Positions 25,514 to 35,595 are shown, counted from the first letter of the stretch. The stretch is DNA of 64,000 bases from Candidatus Harrisonbacteria bacterium (GCA_023255625.1 JAHFLF010000001.1:504074-568073); one strand, 5' to 3'. The notes: generated from the letters alone by a model not told the origin. Numbers and translations: made by a program.

Positions 25514-26086
25514 ATGAAAAAAGCAGTTCTCTTATACGGCAGATTTTCAGAAAAAATTGCCACCCTTCCTGAATGCAACCCCAACGATGAGCGTAATTGG
25601 ATGGGTTGGACCAAAAAGCAGCTTATTGAGCGTGGCTATCAAGTGGTCTGTCCGACTATCCCAAAGGTTTGGGAAGCTCCTTACGGAGAATGGAAGAAAG
25701 CCCTTGGCGACGCTGCGATTGATGCAGATACAGTTTTGGTTGGACTGAGTGCTGGCGGTGCGGCTTGTGTACGGTATCTTGCCGAAGAGAAGAGGGCTAT
25801 CAATAAGCTCATCCTTGTCGCACCAGCACGATACGCTGAGGGAGAAGAACCTCTTTCCGCTGCTGCCGACTTCTACAATTTTCAGCTTAGCGATAGCGTT
25901 AAGCAGCAAATCAAGAATGGGACAACGATTTTCGTTTCCAATGATGAACCGCTAGCTGGCATTCAAGGGTCAGTAAAAATATACGAGAAAGAGCTCGGTG
26001 CGAAAGTAATTCGTTTTGAAGATAGAGGTCATTTTTCGTTTTTGATTAAAACCTTCCCAGAATTGGTTGAGGAAGTAGCTACCTAA
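25514..26086 (+). CDS. Alpha/beta-hydrolase, YdeN/RBBP9-like serine hydrolase
   Basis: GxSxG nucleophile elbow GLSAGG, about 190 aa, start at MKKAVLLYG. Confidence 0.5.
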   Translation: MKKAVLLYGRFSEKIATLPECNPNDERNWMGWTKKQLIERGYQVVCPTIPKVWEAPYGEWKKALGDAAIDADTVLVGLSAGGAACVRYLAEEKRAINKLILVAPARYAEGEEPLSAAADFYNFQLSDSVKQQIKNGTTIFVSNDEPLAGIQGSVKIYEKELGAKVIRFEDRGHFSFLIKTFPELVEEVAT

Positions 26087-26224
26087 CACTTGCCGTTTGC
26101 CGTAGCTTCAAAATACCGCTAAACTCTAGTTCTTCACGAATATGCTTCCAATCAAGGGTTCTAAACTTGTTCAATAGAGGGAGTCAAAGTTCTAATCAGT
26201 TTCATTACGGGGTATACTTTCGAT

Positions 26225-26845
26225 ATGCTGCTTTTTCTCAATTCCAATAGCTATCTCGGCCTCTCTCTTGCTCATTGGCTCGTAGTTGTATCCGCAGTTT
26301 TAAGTCTTAGCGGAGCCTTCGCTTATATTCGCGACATGCTCCGTGGGAAATCAACGCCCAATCTCGTAACATGGGGATTATGGGCATTCGCTCCCTTAGT
26401 CGCAACAGGTGCGGCGCTCTCCGCGTATGCTGATGGATGGTCCACTGTACGTATTTTCATGACTGGTTTTGGGCCACTTCTTATAACGATCACCGCACTC
26501 TTCGTTTCCAAGCGTTATTGGAAGTTGTCATTTTTTGATTACGCCTGTGGCGCGCTTTCTATAATTGCCCTTGGCGTATGGCTTATAGCTGGTTCACCGG
26601 TGTTAGCGATACTGCTGGCAGCAACAGCGGATTTGTTTGCCACGCTTCCAACTATCATTAAGGCATGGAAATATCCAGAAACAGAGACCCTCTATACCTA
26701 CTTCGTGGGGCTATTTACTGCCAGCATTATTATTCCCGCGATACCTGTTTGGAATATAGAGAACTCCGCTTTCCAAATATATGTCCTAATAGCTAATGCA
26801 GCCCTTTTCATCGCTGTATTTCGCAAACGTGTAAAGTGGTTCTAA
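26225..26845 (+). CDS. Integral membrane protein (about 6 TM), unknown function
   Basis: Hydrophobicity pattern. Confidence 0.4.
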   Translation: MLLFLNSNSYLGLSLAHWLVVVSAVLSLSGAFAYIRDMLRGKSTPNLVTWGLWAFAPLVATGAALSAYADGWSTVRIFMTGFGPLLITITALFVSKRYWKLSFFDYACGALSIIALGVWLIAGSPVLAILLAATADLFATLPTIIKAWKYPETETLYTYFVGLFTASIIIPAIPVWNIENSAFQIYVLIANAALFIAVFRKRVKWF

Positions 26846-26901
26846 TCTTCTGCACCAGCCGGAGCTTTCAAAAACAGAAAATGCGCTATAATGCGTAGTA
26901 T

Positions 26902-27237
26902 ATGCGTATTTCCAGAACAAAATTCGTTATCATCTTCATCGTTTCTGGGTTTGTTTTTCTTTTTATCACCACTTCACTCTTGGGGTCAACGGGGCCGCGG
27001 GGCTTTCCTAAGCCGCCAGACTCTTTGTTGCTCATAGACTCACCGGTGGTCTGGAAGAGCACCGTATCCGCAATCATATCGCCCATCAAAATTGTTTTGA
27101 TAGGACCCTTACTGCTGCCTAGTATTAATTTTTTGAAAGACGATCCACCGCCGCCATTTGTTGGCATCTACTTCATTTTCTACTGGAGTATTCTCGCTTC
27201 AATTATTCATTACCTTCTCGGTAAATTAAAACGCTAA
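26902..27237 (+). CDS. Small membrane protein, unknown function
   Basis: ORF with two or three TM helices. Confidence 0.3.
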   Translation: MRISRTKFVIIFIVSGFVFLFITTSLLGSTGPRGFPKPPDSLLLIDSPVVWKSTVSAIISPIKIVLIGPLLLPSINFLKDDPPPPFVGIYFIFYWSILASIIHYLLGKLKR

Positions 27238-27245
27238 TCGGGCCA

Positions 27246-27467
27246 ATGCATACAATACCAGTGGATTTACGAGAAGTCCTTGCTTCTTCGCCCAAGGCTC
27301 TTGCAGTATGGGAGGATATTACGCCGCTCGCGCGCAATGAGTGGATCTGCTGGGTTACATCCGGAAAAAAAGCGGAAACGAGGAGTATTCGCATACAGAA
27401 GGCACTCTCTAAACTTAGCGGTGGCATGCGCCGGCCGTGCTGCTGGGCGGGTTGCACTCATCGTTAA
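27246..27467 (+). CDS. YdeI/OmpD-associated family-like small protein
   Basis: WI..AKK.ETR..RI.+....L..G pattern. Confidence 0.45.
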   Translation: MHTIPVDLREVLASSPKALAVWEDITPLARNEWICWVTSGKKAETRSIRIQKALSKLSGGMRRPCCWAGCTHR

Positions 27468-27513
27468 GTAAAAGTCGCAGAAATAATCGGGGCCGTTTGG
27501 TATACTGTGCTAT

Positions 27514-28125
27514 ATGAGAATAGCCGTACCATTTTATAGCCAGCATTGGGATTTGGATGCGTGGCAGGCGATGGGGTACAAAAATAGAGAAGAGGCGCAG
27601 TATTGGGAGCGTTCCTGCTGCGGTATTTTATGCATCAAAATGGTGATGGATGCTTTTTTGCGGCAACATGATAAGCCGCTGACGCCGACCATCAAAGAGA
27701 TTATTGATATAGGCGTTAATCAGGGTGCATATGAAGATATATCTGGTTGGAGTCATCACGGTTTAGCCGCTCTGGTTAAGAGTTTTGGATTTCGTGGAGA
27801 GGCGATACCCATGACCACGCAGGATTTGAAAAATTATTTGAACAATAACAGCTTGGCTATTGTATCAATAAAGTGGGGTTTTGATACGGCTAATAAAAGT
27901 CTCAAAGAAATGATTCTTTTTTGGAAAAAATACGGTGGTCATTTAGCTGTAGTGACCGGCTTTGAAGAGGAGAACGGGGGCATCACAGGTTTTTATGTCC
28001 ATCACACCTCAAAAATAAAAGAGCAAAATTGGCAGGATAGATTTATAGAGATAGAAAAGTTCAAGAAGGGGTATACGGGTAGAGGTATTCTTATACAGCC
28101 ATACAGATCCACGACAAGGATCTAA
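27514..28125 (+). CDS. Peptidase C39-like (papain-fold cysteine peptidase) domain protein
   Basis: VPFYSQ...SCCGILC catalytic Cys context and a downstream His. Confidence 0.55.
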   Translation: MRIAVPFYSQHWDLDAWQAMGYKNREEAQYWERSCCGILCIKMVMDAFLRQHDKPLTPTIKEIIDIGVNQGAYEDISGWSHHGLAALVKSFGFRGEAIPMTTQDLKNYLNNNSLAIVSIKWGFDTANKSLKEMILFWKKYGGHLAVVTGFEEENGGITGFYVHHTSKIKEQNWQDRFIEIEKFKKGYTGRGILIQPYRSTTRI

Positions 28126-28136
28126 CCATTACCGGT

Positions 28137-28541
28137 TTATATTCTAGATTCTTGTTTTTCCTTAAACGATTGGCAGTATTTGTCGTTTCCGAAGAGGGCG
28201 ATAGCGAGCGTAGCAAAACTCAAGCCGAAATCGCGCACACCTATAGCACTTAAGCCAAGATGCGAGGTGATGACAAAAAGGTGCAGGGCCAGGATTGCCG
28301 CGACATAGCGGACGAAAAATCCCGTACCAAGCAGCAGTGCGCCGACAATTTCTAGAATACCGTTAATGTGTACGATATTGACGGCGCTTAGCCCGAAGAT
28401 GCCGGTTGCCCAGACGGGAACTAATCCGACCCATGCGCCGGTATTAACAATTTGCGAGACTCCGAACCATGTGAAGACAGCGGTCAGTCCTAGTCGCAGC
28501 ACTATTGGTGCATAGTTTGGCCAATTTTGTGTATTGATCAT
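28137..28541 (-). CDS. DoxX family membrane protein
   Basis: 134 aa, four TM, typical DoxX pattern. Confidence 0.65.
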   Translation of the reverse strand: MINTQNWPNYAPIVLRLGLTAVFTWFGVSQIVNTGAWVGLVPVWATGIFGLSAVNIVHINGILEIVGALLLGTGFFVRYVAAILALHLFVITSHLGLSAIGVRDFGLSFATLAIALFGNDKYCQSFKEKQESRI

Positions 28542-28548
28542 TTGATTA

Positions 28549-28917
28549 TTATTGCATTACTGCGACTGCGCCGATTTTAAATCCGGCTAATTCATCTGCC
28601 GGCCGGCGCTGATTGGCGTGCTGGTCATTAAATGCAGATGATCCGTCTTTACCGCAAATGCTCAAGATAGCTTGCTCGCCGCCAGGATGCTGTGCAATCC
28701 AGCCGGTAACATCATAGACATTACCGTTAACCGCCGTCCAGCAGCTGTTCAGATCAGAATGCATGGCGACCTGGGCAAGAGTGTATCCATCTGCTGTAGG
28801 GGTTGGCGTTACCGGTGGAACATCATTTTTTCCGCGCGGTTGATTTAATGCAACTATGCCAGCGATCAGAACGACTGCAAGTCCGAGAGTGATAGAGATA
28901 ATTTTATTTTTTTGCAT
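28549..28917 (-). CDS. Secreted cytochrome b5-like heme-binding domain protein
   Basis: Signal anchor plus VYDVTGW...HPGG......CGKD.S..F. Confidence 0.65.
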   Translation of the reverse strand: MQKNKIISITLGLAVVLIAGIVALNQPRGKNDVPPVTPTPTADGYTLAQVAMHSDLNSCWTAVNGNVYDVTGWIAQHPGGEQAILSICGKDGSSAFNDQHANQRRPADELAGFKIGAVAVMQ

Positions 28918-28976
28918 AGCTGATTTTTATGTAATACTACTACAATTCGTAAGAAATTGCATTTCAGAGCGTCCTC

Positions 28977-29333
28977 ATGTATATGAGAGCTCTAACTTAC
29001 AAACAATTTCAAAAAATAGCGCTTGGCTTCGCTAGTTTTGTGCTTATTGTTGGCGGAGCGATTATACTCTGGCCAGATCACACAGGGGCAACCGCTAACT
29101 CCTGCGAGATAGGTCATTGCCCCAAAGAGATCAGGATGATTGATAACGGAGGTATTTTTTCGTACAAGTTGGGCAGTCGCTTTAATATAGTTTTAGATAA
29201 ACAAAAGTATCCCGCCAAGCAGGTAGGGTGTATTGGCGGCGAGGGATTGCTCGAAGAGAAATTAGTTTTAGCCGATCTTTTTACCCGAATTATGCAAAAA
29301 GGTTTGAGGCAAAGAATGCTGGGCGGTGCGTAG
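28977..29333 (+). CDS. Membrane-anchored hypothetical protein
   Basis: ORF with an N-terminal TM. Confidence 0.35.
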   Translation: MYMRALTYKQFQKIALGFASFVLIVGGAIILWPDHTGATANSCEIGHCPKEIRMIDNGGIFSYKLGSRFNIVLDKQKYPAKQVGCIGGEGLLEEKLVLADLFTRIMQKGLRQRMLGGA

Positions 29334-29401
29334 TTCAGCATGGGGATTTTGCAGTAACCGTAGTGGTATACTAGATATATAATTAAGATAAATTAAAAAT
29401 T

Positions 29402-29794
29402 ATGAATAGAGTTGTTCATTTTGAGATTCAGGCCGATAAGCCAGAGCGAGCTATGCAATTTTACAAAGCTGTATTTGGTTGGAGTTTCACGCAGTGGGGC
29501 GAGAAAGAATATTGGATGCTGATGACGGCGGAGAAGGAAAGTAAAGAGCCGGGGATTAACGGCGGTCTGTTGCCGCGTCCGTGTCCTGCGCCGGCGATTG
29601 GGCAGGGAACAAATGCTTTTGTCTGCACGGTACAGGTTGATAATTTCGATGAGACGGCGGTAAAGATAACGGCTGCAGGAGGAATTGTGGCGATGCCAAA
29701 GTTCGCTTTGCCGGGCATGGCCTGGCAGGGATACTTTCTTGACACTGAAGGAAATACTTTTGGCGTGCACCAGACAGACCCGAATGCAAAGTGA
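29402..29794 (+). CDS. VOC (glyoxalase/bleomycin-resistance fold) family protein
   Basis: VHFEI.......FY..VFGW..., 130 aa. Confidence 0.6.
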   Translation: MNRVVHFEIQADKPERAMQFYKAVFGWSFTQWGEKEYWMLMTAEKESKEPGINGGLLPRPCPAPAIGQGTNAFVCTVQVDNFDETAVKITAAGGIVAMPKFALPGMAWQGYFLDTEGNTFGVHQTDPNAK

Positions 29795-29806
29795 GTCGGA
29801 TAATTT

Positions 29807-30766
29807 ATGCAGAATTCGCGGCAGGGTAGAGCTAGTATTAGCTTAGTCATCGGTTGGGTGATTGTGCTTGGCGGCTTCGGCTATTATTTTCGTGCGCCGC
29901 TATCTGATATCTGGCAACGGATTCAGAGCGGGGTACTGCCATGCGTGCAGCCGATTACATATTCGATTGGTACATTTGATCCGAAGTTTAACATTAGTAA
30001 ATCTGATTTTATTGCTTCGATTAAACAGTCCGAGCAGATTTGGGAGAGCCAAGTAGATAAACAACTTTTTGAATATCAAGAAAACGGCGGTAGTTTAACA
30101 GTCAATCTGATTTATGATGAGCGTCAGGCGGCCACGCAAAAGTTGCAGAAGATTGGCGTCGTGATTAACGATAATCAAAGCACATATAATTCTCTGAAAG
30201 CGAAGTACGATTCGCTGAAAAGTCAGTATGCGCAGCAACGGGTAAAGTATGAAGCGCTTGAGAATTCATATCAGAGCGCAAAAGTGCAATACGAAAGTCA
30301 GGTTGACTATTGGCAAGCTCGCGGCGGCGCACCACGGGCCGAGTATAATAAATTAGAGCAGCAACGGGAGAGTTTAAATTCTCAAGTTTCCATTCTTAAC
30401 TCTGAACAACAGAAAATAAATGAGATGGTGGAAACTATTAATGCGCTCGCGACTAGTCTGAATCAACTGGCGGCGGAATTAAATTTGACAGTCGAAAAAT
30501 ACAATACAGTCGGTTCACAAAACGGCGGTGAGTTTCAGGAGGGCGAGTATCGCGCGGACATCCAAGGCAGGGAGATTACGGTTTATCAGTTTGATGACCG
30601 CGCAAAGTTGGTGCGCGTACTAGCGCATGAATTTGGCCATGCGCTTGGGCTAGAGCATGTTGAAGATCCAAAGGCGATTATGTATCGTTTAAATCAGGCG
30701 AGCAATGACCGGTTGAGCGCTGTAGATCTGGTTGCGCTTAAAAAGCGATGCAATATTTTGGAATAA
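29807..30766 (+). CDS. Membrane-anchored matrixin-like zinc metalloprotease with a coiled-coil insert
   Basis: HEFGHALGLEHV (HExxHxxGxxH) plus a Met-turn region. Confidence 0.65.
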   Translation: MQNSRQGRASISLVIGWVIVLGGFGYYFRAPLSDIWQRIQSGVLPCVQPITYSIGTFDPKFNISKSDFIASIKQSEQIWESQVDKQLFEYQENGGSLTVNLIYDERQAATQKLQKIGVVINDNQSTYNSLKAKYDSLKSQYAQQRVKYEALENSYQSAKVQYESQVDYWQARGGAPRAEYNKLEQQRESLNSQVSILNSEQQKINEMVETINALATSLNQLAAELNLTVEKYNTVGSQNGGEFQEGEYRADIQGREITVYQFDDRAKLVRVLAHEFGHALGLEHVEDPKAIMYRLNQASNDRLSAVDLVALKKRCNILE

Positions 30767-30911
30767 AATATATCTGGCTTTGAGCGTATTGCGCTGACTT
30801 TTTGAACTGGCGGGGCGATTTTTTGACAAACATAATATGTGTGTGTTTACATATGTGAGTGGATTTCTGTTCGGACAAGGTTGATGCCCTAGGGCATCTC
30901 GGAGGTGCAAG

Positions 30912-31346
30912 ATGCTGCTCGTGATTGGAAGTATTCTGATACTGGCCAGTCTGGTAATCGCCCAGGTGGCCGCAGTGGCGCTCAAAGACCAGAAGAAGAC
31001 CGGTGAGAAGGTTGCTGCCAATGTCATCGTTCTCTTGATGGGGTTTCTCGGGGCGCTGTTCTTCTACGGGAGCGGGTATGAAAGTGGCATTGGTGTGTGC
31101 GACACGGCGCCACTCGTGGGCACCGTGTACCAGGTGCGAGGTCTCGTTGCCAACCCCGCAGTCAAGGATAGGGCGGCGCTCCTCGTTCTGACGCCTGCAG
31201 AGGAGGAGGTCCGGGCCATCTCGGTTCAACTCCGGGCCGGACTCACTCCGGAATCCGCTGTTCCACAGTGGATTCGGGTTGGCCATGACGACGCAGGTTA
31301 CTTCGCTGTTCCTCTGGACAGCAAGGAGGCGAAGCCAGAAAAGTAG
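30912..31346 (+). CDS. GC-rich hypothetical protein with N-terminal TM
   Basis: GGAGGTG ribosome-binding site 5 nt upstream; palindrome GATGCCCTAGGGCATC just upstream; local GC well above the backbone. Confidence 0.45.
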   Translation: MLLVIGSILILASLVIAQVAAVALKDQKKTGEKVAANVIVLLMGFLGALFFYGSGYESGIGVCDTAPLVGTVYQVRGLVANPAVKDRAALLVLTPAEEEVRAISVQLRAGLTPESAVPQWIRVGHDDAGYFAVPLDSKEAKPEK

Positions 31347-31366
31347 TTGCGGTACGCGCGAGGCGG

Positions 31367-31410
31367 TAGACAGAAGCGGTGAGCTCTGTCGCCGCCTCTG
31401 TCTATTTTTA
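31367..31410 (+). terminator. Rho-independent terminator after the GC-rich gene
   Basis: TAGACAGAAGCGG/CCGCCTCTGTCTA stem followed by TTTTTA. Confidence 0.55.
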
Positions 31411-31487
31411 CGGATGATAAAATATATCTCTTTGGGCTTGTACCGAGCGGATTTGACTATTTTTCTCAAATAGTGTATTTTTAGATA

Positions 31488-32807
31488 ATGACTTCACAAC
31501 CCAGCCAGCCAATCCAGCCGGTGCAGCCCGCCACAAAAAGTTTTTATGGACTTGGGATCGCACCGAAACTTTTAGAAATTTTGACGAGCAAAAAATTTAC
31601 AATTCCAACGCCGATTCAGGAGCGGTGTATTCCGTCGGCTCTCGAAGGAAAGGATTTAGTCGGTATTGCACAGACGGGAACCGGCAAAACTTTAGCTTTT
31701 TCTATCCCGCTTGTTCAGCGGCTGGCCTCAACTCCAAATGCCCGCGGACTGATTTTGGTGCCAACGCGTGAATTAGCTCTCCAAGCTGATGAGACGCTCA
31801 AAACTATCGGCGGCCCGCTGGGAATGAAGACCGCTGTAGTTATCGGAGGGGCCTCAATGTACGCACAAGTCCAGCAGCTTCGCCGCAACCCGCATGTGAT
31901 TATCGCCACCCCAGGGCGACTGAATGATCACTTGGCGTCTAAATCGGTGAATTTGGCAGGTGTAAAAATTTTAGTTCTGGACGAGGCGGATCGTATGCTG
32001 GACATGGGCTTTGAGCCGCAGATTAGTAAAATTTTAGCGTTGATTCCAAAAGAACGCCAGACACTTTTGTTCTCGGCGACGATGCCGGATCAGATTGTGA
32101 AAATTGCCAACAAATATATGCAACTGCCGCTACGCGTTGAGGTGGCGCGGGCCGGAACTGCCGCTGAAAAAGTTGTGCAGGAATTATTTTTTGTGGCCAA
32201 ACCGGCCAAGACGCAACTGCTGGCCTCGCTGCTTGCGCAATACCGCGGCACGGTATTAGTTTTCGTGCGCACAAAACATGGCGCGCACCGTCTCTCGCGG
32301 GATTTGAAAGCTTTAAATTGTAGTGCGGCTGAAATTCACGGCGATCGCTCTTTGAGCCAGCGTAAGGAGGCGCTGGAGGGTTTTAAAACCGGCCGGTATC
32401 GCGTGCTCGTTGCAACCGATATCGCCGCCCGTGGTATTGATGTTACTGGTATCGAGCTAGTGCTGAATTTTGACCTGCCGATGAACCCAGAGGATTATGT
32501 GCACCGCATCGGCCGCACTGGCCGTGCCGGAATGGCCGGTCGGGCGATTTCATTTGCAACTCCGGATCAACGCAATGATGTGCGCGATATTGAACGACTA
32601 GTGCGTTATGCTTTGCCAATTTCTCGTCTGCCGATGAATATGCCGGTTTTGCCAGAACTTCCTAAACATACCTATATTGAGCCGACTCCGCGGCAATTCC
32701 ACCGTCGTCCGTCGTCCGGCGCACAGAGTTCCGGAGGGTTTGGCAGCCAGCGTCGTTTTGGCAGCAATCGTGGCCAGAGTCGCGGCGGATTTAGCGGCCG
32801 GCGTTAA
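31488..32807 (+). CDS. DEAD-box ATP-dependent RNA helicase with C-terminal RGG-rich tail
   Basis: Q-motif, AQTGTGKT, PTRELA, DEAD, SAT, HRIGRTGRAG. Confidence 0.9.
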   Translation: MTSQPSQPIQPVQPATKSFYGLGIAPKLLEILTSKKFTIPTPIQERCIPSALEGKDLVGIAQTGTGKTLAFSIPLVQRLASTPNARGLILVPTRELALQADETLKTIGGPLGMKTAVVIGGASMYAQVQQLRRNPHVIIATPGRLNDHLASKSVNLAGVKILVLDEADRMLDMGFEPQISKILALIPKERQTLLFSATMPDQIVKIANKYMQLPLRVEVARAGTAAEKVVQELFFVAKPAKTQLLASLLAQYRGTVLVFVRTKHGAHRLSRDLKALNCSAAEIHGDRSLSQRKEALEGFKTGRYRVLVATDIAARGIDVTGIELVLNFDLPMNPEDYVHRIGRTGRAGMAGRAISFATPDQRNDVRDIERLVRYALPISRLPMNMPVLPELPKHTYIEPTPRQFHRRPSSGAQSSGGFGSQRRFGSNRGQSRGGFSGRR

Positions 32808-32813
32808 TCTTTT

Positions 32814-33452
32814 TTATCTTTTTTTGAAATCAGCCAGCAGTTTTTTCTGTTCCTTTGCGCTAAATAAATATTCAGTCGGATTTTTTGTGCTGCGCTGCGG
32901 GCTTGCCCGCCTCTGGCGGGCAATTTCATACAAAAAAAGTGCGGCGCTGACCGAGACATTGAAACTTTCCACAAAGCCGGCCATAGGCAGGTAAAGGAGT
33001 CGGTCAGCAAGTTTGGCCACTTCCGGAGATATACCGCGGTGTTCGTTGCCAACAACAAGCGCAATTTTTTTGGCAGTTAAATCTGCTCGCGATGCGTCCT
33101 CGGCGTCTTTATTTAAAATTGTCGCGCAGATCTGATATTTTTGTTTTTTGAGTTCCGTAAAGCATTCTTTAGTTGAACTGAAAATATGAAATGTTAGCCA
33201 CTTATTAGCTGATGATGAGGTAACTTTGCCGACGCGCCGCGGGTTGTAGCGTTTCTCCTGCGCGAAAATAAAATATATTTCCTGAATGCCCAGACCCTCG
33301 CAGGTACGCAATATCGCTGCCGCGTTGTGTGGGTCGTGGATGTCTTCAAGCACCAGGGCAAGCCCGGCCTGCCGGTTTTCTGCAACATTTTTGAATCTAG
33401 CGAGGCGTTTGGTACTTATCATGTGGGGGGATTGTAGCATATTTTCTAGCAT
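32814..33452 (-). CDS. TrmH/SpoU-family RNA 2'-O-methyltransferase
   Basis: SpoU motifs (LVLE.I.DP.N.GAI.RT; VVGNE..G.S.E....D..L.IPM.G...S.NVSV). Confidence 0.8.
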   Translation of the reverse strand: MLENMLQSPHMISTKRLARFKNVAENRQAGLALVLEDIHDPHNAAAILRTCEGLGIQEIYFIFAQEKRYNPRRVGKVTSSSANKWLTFHIFSSTKECFTELKKQKYQICATILNKDAEDASRADLTAKKIALVVGNEHRGISPEVAKLADRLLYLPMAGFVESFNVSVSAALFLYEIARQRRASPQRSTKNPTEYLFSAKEQKKLLADFKKR

Positions 33453-33471
33453 AGAGAATAGACCATTTTTT

Positions 33472-33517
33472 ACGATGTTATAGTAATTCTACGGTCGTAG
33501 AATTACTATAACATCGT
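33472..33517. promoter_or_regulatory. 46-bp near-perfect palindrome (22-nt arms) in the divergent trmH/eamA promoter region
   Basis: ACGATGTTATAGTAATTCTACG-GT-CGTAGAATTACTATAACATCGT seen directly. Confidence 0.5.
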
Positions 33518-33549
33518 GTTTTGCTGGCATTTATTCGCTTTTTGATGAT

Positions 33550-34461
33550 ATGCTTACTGTAATGAAATTCTCTGGACCATTTTTGATTTTTATTGCCGCT
33601 ATTCTCTGGGGTATTGACGGCATTCTGCGCCGCTCGCTGTATAGTCTGCCGCCGATTACGATTGTATTTCTTGAACACCTGATTGGCGCAATTATTCTGT
33701 TGCCGTTTTTCCTACGAATTTTTCGCAAAGAGCACCTGACAAAAAAGGAGTGGTGGGCGCTCGCCGTTATTGCGCTGTTTAGTGGCGTGCTTGGTACTTT
33801 GTTTTTTACGACCGCACTCGCGAAAATTCATTTTATTTCCTTCTCCGTTGTTTTTCTTTTGCAAAAGCTGCAGCCGATTTTTACGGTTGCCACGGCGGCG
33901 GTCGTGCTTAAAGAACGGCCGGCAAAGCAATATTGGATTTGGGCCGGGGTTGCCGTTGTTGCGGCATATTTTGTAACTTTCCCGAGCGGAGTCGTTAACC
34001 TTGCGACTGGCTCGGGGACTATTATTGCCGCCCTATTTGCCGTTGCTGCTGCGCTGTGTTGGGGATCAACCACGGCGTTTTCGCGGTACACGCTGCTCAA
34101 CCACTCCAACACATTTATCGTGGGGATGCGGTTTTTGCTCACGACCCTCATCGCAATTCCATTTCTCTTTGCACTTGGCGGGGGAGAGTCAGCGCTAACG
34201 ATTGGCACTGGGCAGATCTGGAAGCTGGTTGCAATAGCACTGACGAGCGGGATGGTGGCGCTGTGGATTTATTACCGCGGGCTAAAATCAACACCGGCTA
34301 GTGTTTCAACCATTGTTGAGCTTGCTTTTCCGCTGACCGCCGTGATTATTGATTATTTTTTGTACGACACCGCGCTCGCTGCGAGTCAGTACGCCGCCGC
34401 AGTTGTCTTGTTGTTTGCCGTGTATAAAGTTTCGCGGCTAAGTAGAAAGATAATAAACTAG
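33550..34461 (+). CDS. EamA/DMT-superfamily transporter
   Basis: 10 TM with duplicated EamA domains. Confidence 0.8.
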   Translation: MLTVMKFSGPFLIFIAAILWGIDGILRRSLYSLPPITIVFLEHLIGAIILLPFFLRIFRKEHLTKKEWWALAVIALFSGVLGTLFFTTALAKIHFISFSVVFLLQKLQPIFTVATAAVVLKERPAKQYWIWAGVAVVAAYFVTFPSGVVNLATGSGTIIAALFAVAAALCWGSTTAFSRYTLLNHSNTFIVGMRFLLTTLIAIPFLFALGGGESALTIGTGQIWKLVAIALTSGMVALWIYYRGLKSTPASVSTIVELAFPLTAVIIDYFLYDTALAASQYAAAVVLLFAVYKVSRLSRKIIN

Positions 34462-34494
34462 AAACAATAAGCAAGGAGATGGCAGAGAGCGGAT

Positions 34495-34530
34495 TTTGCG
34501 GGTTTTGGCGAGTACGCCAAAACCCGCAAA
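34495..34530 (+). terminator. Strong hairpin (16-bp perfect stem TTTGCGGGTTTTGGCG/CGCCAAAACCCGCAAA) after the transporter gene
   Basis: Seen directly; the downstream U-tract is loose. Confidence 0.5.
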
Positions 34531-34795
34531 TGATTCTAAAGATTTTTAATATTTCTAATTTTTCTTTCGGTCATTTTCACCATGTTGCAGCGTACTAGTA
34601 CACTGTAACGATAGTCAGAATGATATTTTTTTAGTACGAGCGAGGGCTTTGCCGCATCCCGAGCGAGCGCTTGCATTCTCTCTCTCTTTGTTGCAGGGTA
34701 AAGAAGAATGTGTCCTGGTAGGGCATGTTGAGCCGGCGGTACGGGTTCCGCTGGTTTTGTGTAAATTCAACCCGAGGGAAGAGGAGTATCTTGGC

Positions 34796-35566
34796 ATGCG
34801 CGTCGTAGACATGAGCCCCGCAGAACGACTCACGGTGGCGGCTGACTTCAAGCCCGCTGACTGGGGCGGGCGCAGGGGGGTCAGAGACAAGGTGGTAAGT
34901 CTGGCGCAATCGTTGCGAGGAACCGGCGTGACATTCAAGGTCAACACGATCCTGCGCGCGATCGGCTACGGCCTGCTCGAGGAGATCTCCGAGCAGGGGC
35001 TGGTGCCGTGGGCGGATCTCAAACTCTCCGACACCAAGGACACCGACCAGAGCGACATCGATTTCCTGGCGGAGGTCCAGGTGCCGAAGCTGCTGGTCAC
35101 GGTCAAGTGTGACAGCGGAGCAGGCACGCTCAGACACCTGGTGGCGAAGCTTCCGAGGCACATCGAACTCATCGGCATCACCGTCCTCTCGGACATGACG
35201 GAGGACGACTGCCAAGTCGTGTTCGGGCGGGAGATCCACATCGCCATCGACAACTTCTTCGCCATGGCCGGCGAGTGTGGCCTGGGCGGGATCGTCTGCT
35301 CGGGCAAGGACGCAGCCAAGGTCAACGCTGGCAGGACCAGGGTCTCGGACAAGTTCACGATCAACACCCCGAACATCCGGCCCGCCTGGGCCGAGGTCAA
35401 GGGCGACGGCCAGAACGTGAAGCGAGCAGCGACCATCGCGGAGGCACTCGCATACGCCGACCGGGTCGTCATCGGCCGGCCGATCACACAGCAGGAAGAC
35501 GTGCTCGGCGCGACAAGAAGATGTCTGGAAGAAGTCTACACCTGTTGCGGCGGCCTCCCGGACTAG
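34796..35566 (+). CDS. pyrF: Orotidine-5'-phosphate decarboxylase-like protein (high-GC island)
   Basis: FKVN..L....G..LLEEI...G..+.ADLKLSDTKDT (DxKxxD active-site motif) and the C-terminal VIGRPI motif; about 64% GC. Confidence 0.55.
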   Translation: MRVVDMSPAERLTVAADFKPADWGGRRGVRDKVVSLAQSLRGTGVTFKVNTILRAIGYGLLEEISEQGLVPWADLKLSDTKDTDQSDIDFLAEVQVPKLLVTVKCDSGAGTLRHLVAKLPRHIELIGITVLSDMTEDDCQVVFGREIHIAIDNFFAMAGECGLGGIVCSGKDAAKVNAGRTRVSDKFTINTPNIRPAWAEVKGDGQNVKRAATIAEALAYADRVVIGRPITQQEDVLGATRRCLEEVYTCCGGLPD

Positions 35567-35595
35567 GCAACAGAACAAGGAAGGAGAAGGGCAAC

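Noticed and set aside
35275-35595. N-terminal 107 aa of ORF 35275..36393 overlapping the pyrF-like gene
   Set aside because: The translation is a poly-Arg/Gly/Pro artefact. A Met with an AAGGAG ribosome-binding site at 35596 coincides with the start of the PRTase fold.
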